The notes under the pieces: generated by a model | What the model was told of the DNA's origin: nothing | Seen by the model: the letters and a program-made list of their open reading frames with translations, nothing else | Databases searched by the model: none | Assembly (NCBI GenBank): GCA_011109175.1 | Contig: RDEW01000037.1 | Coordinates: 9,650-73,649 of the forward strand | DNA from: Dicyema japonicum | Taxonomy: Eukaryota > Animalia > Dicyemida | Reading direction: 5' to 3' | DNA length: 64,000 nt | Part shown: positions 61,575 through 64,000 of the stretch, piece by piece | Layout: every line of letters begins with the position of its first letter | Numbering within the stretch: the first letter of the stretch is position 1 | Translations under genes and position numbers: made by a program

Positions 61575-61885
61575 TAGCCGCGTGGCGTCATGTGGTGCTT
61601 CGTGGCTTATTAGTTGAAGTTTCTGTTTGTTCGTCTGTTCCTCCTCTCTCTTTCTATTAGAGCCCAGTACCACCTGTCTAAGTGGCGCCCAGTACCAGGC
61701 CGGCACGAAAAAGGATCATTTGCTCTCCCCCAATCCACTGAGGGGTTTCCACACTACAACTATGGACGTCTTTTACCCTTATATTGATTCCGGATGGACT
61801 CTTTCTGTGAAAGTGGAAACTGGATGCACTTAATTAGTTGTTTACTTTAACTTCTTTCTCGGTGTATCCGGGGTTAATAAAAAAT
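61575..61885 (+). mobile_element. SINE family B copy
   Basis: Aligns end to end with 35306-35642; stem ggatgcac/gtgtatcc, ggggttaataaaaa tail; no TSD seen. Confidence 0.8.
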
Positions 61886-62399
61886 ATATAAGAAAATATT
61901 ACGGCCACATATCTGGGAATATGTTAGCGTGGGGTCATGTGGTTCACCTTTTATGGTGGCGCTCAGTATCGAATTTCACCAAAAAGAACCATTTTTTTCT
62001 CCACATCCAGACTCCTCGTAAACCAACTTTGTGGATCGATTTATTTACGCATGTCGAGGTCACACAGGGTATAAGATCGATGAAGAGATCTTATACGTGT
62101 GGTCCTCACGATATCCGAGAATTTTGTTAAAACACCTTGGTAATGTTGCAATCAATTCGATTACGTCAATTTTTAATTTGTCTTCTAACAAGAACGTCAT
62201 CTATGCAAATTGAAGAACTCACTTATAATACCCCTCTTAAAACCGAAAACCTTACCTTCTTCCAACCGTCCAATTTCATTAACGAAGAAACTCGTACTCC
62301 GGAAAATTAAACCCCATTTGCCCGACTGCCACAAAAATAATTCTTTTATATGCCCGTCTATCTTTACAGGAAAGTAGCGTGGCGTTATGTGGTCCACCA

Positions 62400-64000
62400 A
62401 GTCAAAAAATTCAAAGGGATTTGGCATCGCCCAGAGGGTTTCTAATGCCCTCCCGAAATGGACCATTAGACCCTTTCCTCTCGGGGTCATTATCGACCCC
62501 CTGCCGATATGCTTCAAAAAAGTCCAAACATTCCCGGAGAAAACCCTCAGCCTACTGTGGAGAAATGAAATTTACTGCTCTCAATTGAACATCAACGGAA
62601 TTAAAGGCAAAGTCAGGGAACTCCGATCAATCCTGGCAAATCAGAAGATCGACGTGACCATGATCCAAGAAACTAAAATCTGCATGAATGATCCCACTCC
62701 TTCATTCATTGGATACGAGGCTATCAGGATGGACCGTAAAAAAAGAGGGGGCGGACTACTTACTCTATTCAAAAATAACCTGAAATGCTGAGACATTACT
62801 TCGGAAGTGAGGAACCTTGTTGGAAACGACGAGGTTACTGAGGCAATTGGAATCTCGTTTGGGACAACAGAAAGAAGTCTGTGCCTCGTGAATATCTACT
62901 TGCCTCTTCCCAGCTCCTGCCCAAAGGACTATGTTATTCCAACCTATCAAGATTAGCTATAGATCATCATATGTGGAGATTTAAACGCAAAGCACCCATT
63001 ATGGTTATCAACCCAACACGCCTACACGAGAGGGAAGCTATTGTTATGGAAAACGGACTCCCTAACGATACTGAATTACCCAGCGAAAAATACAAGGACC
63101 CCACTCAGAGATACGGATCAGCCTACTTCTCCCGACGTAACACTTTGCTCCACATCACTTTCATCAAAAATTACCTGATCAGTTTTCTACGAGACAAGAA
63201 GCGATCATAACCCGATTGTGATGAAGATCAAGAGAGAAGCCAAAGTGAAGAGAACACCTACTAGTTATAATTACAATGCTGCTAATTGGGAATTGTATCA
63301 GGCAATCTCTGATGATAGACTAAAGAATTGTTACTTGGATAGCTTCAAATAGCTAGAAAATGCGATCAAATACATTACTTGCACAATCCTAGAAGCAAGA
63401 TCATTGGCTATTCCCAAGCATCGTCTAAATTCCTTTAATGGTCGAGAGAAGTCGGCATTGGTAAAAGAAAGAAATCACCTCAAAAAATCTAATTGGATCA
63501 CATCAGAAACGAAACTCAGGATCAGAGCTCTGAAGAACAAAATAAAGGCCAGAGAGTTCAAGGCCCAGAAATTGAAGTGGAATCGGATTCTTACAAAGGT
63601 AAATCGCAACCGTAGTACAGGAAAAGTGTGGAAAGCCATCCGAAATGTTTCAAAAGGCAAAGAAACTTCTCCCGACGATGACTATAGTCAACGAGACGTT
63701 AACAGTTTGATAAAATTTAATTGGAAACATCTTGATAGTCTCGGTGATTTCGTCCTTAGTGGAATCAGCAAAAGAGTCCTCTGATCCAGTCAATCTTTTG
63801 CTAATAAAGAAATTGCTCTTCATTCGCTCTTCCTTATTCCAAATACTAGTCCAAAATGGAAGACATTCCTACTCATTGAACTTGATGACCGCTTTATTAT
63901 CTCCATTTATATTTCTATAAAATCGCCTTTTATTCAACTCGAAACACTCGTTGGCACTTCTAAATTTCTTTTTCGATTCGTAAATTCGCAACTTTTTGAT
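62400..64000 (+). mobile_element. 5' part of a Jockey/I-like LINE (APE and linker), running off the window
   Basis: QLNINGIKGK, IQETKI, GGGLLT, GDLNAKH, TSPDVT, DHNPI, YN..AANW. Confidence 0.85.

Noticed and set aside
371-63920. Most short ORFs in the supplied track as independent genes
   Set aside because: They are antisense or alternate-frame shadows of retroelement and host exons

Overview
AT-rich eukaryotic DNA, most likely from a small-genome parasitic animal; dicyemids and myxozoans are candidates, but this is inference and cannot be settled from the window. Seven host genes sit in compact islands: a PPM1A/B-type PP2C phosphatase, an HspBP1/Fes1-like protein, an SLC2/GLUT transporter, an epsin, an SDR16C-type dehydrogenase, an N-terminally truncated meckelin (TMEM67) and an Ig-domain membrane protein. 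Six of the seven are split by about 36 ultra-short introns (about 21-26 nt, mostly 22-24), so the ORF track shows only fragments. The rest is mostly nested transposable elements: APE-RT LINEs (Jockey/I-like and RTE-like), REL-type R4/Dong-like and CRE-like elements, a hAT element with intact TIRs and TSD, integrase-type and possibly Merlin-like DNA transposon remnants, and two SINE families. The most interesting signals are the ultra-short introns, the meckelin lacking its ectodomain, two SINE/LINE pairs sharing 3' stem-loop tails, and a source/daughter LINE pair with a 130-bp 3' transduction capped by a second tail. Single-base indels in homopolymer runs break otherwise conserved genes, so part of the apparent decay is probably assembly error. 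Clade names come from motif recognition, not database searches. TE boundaries are approximate unless a TSD is quoted, and all alignments and counts were done by eye.
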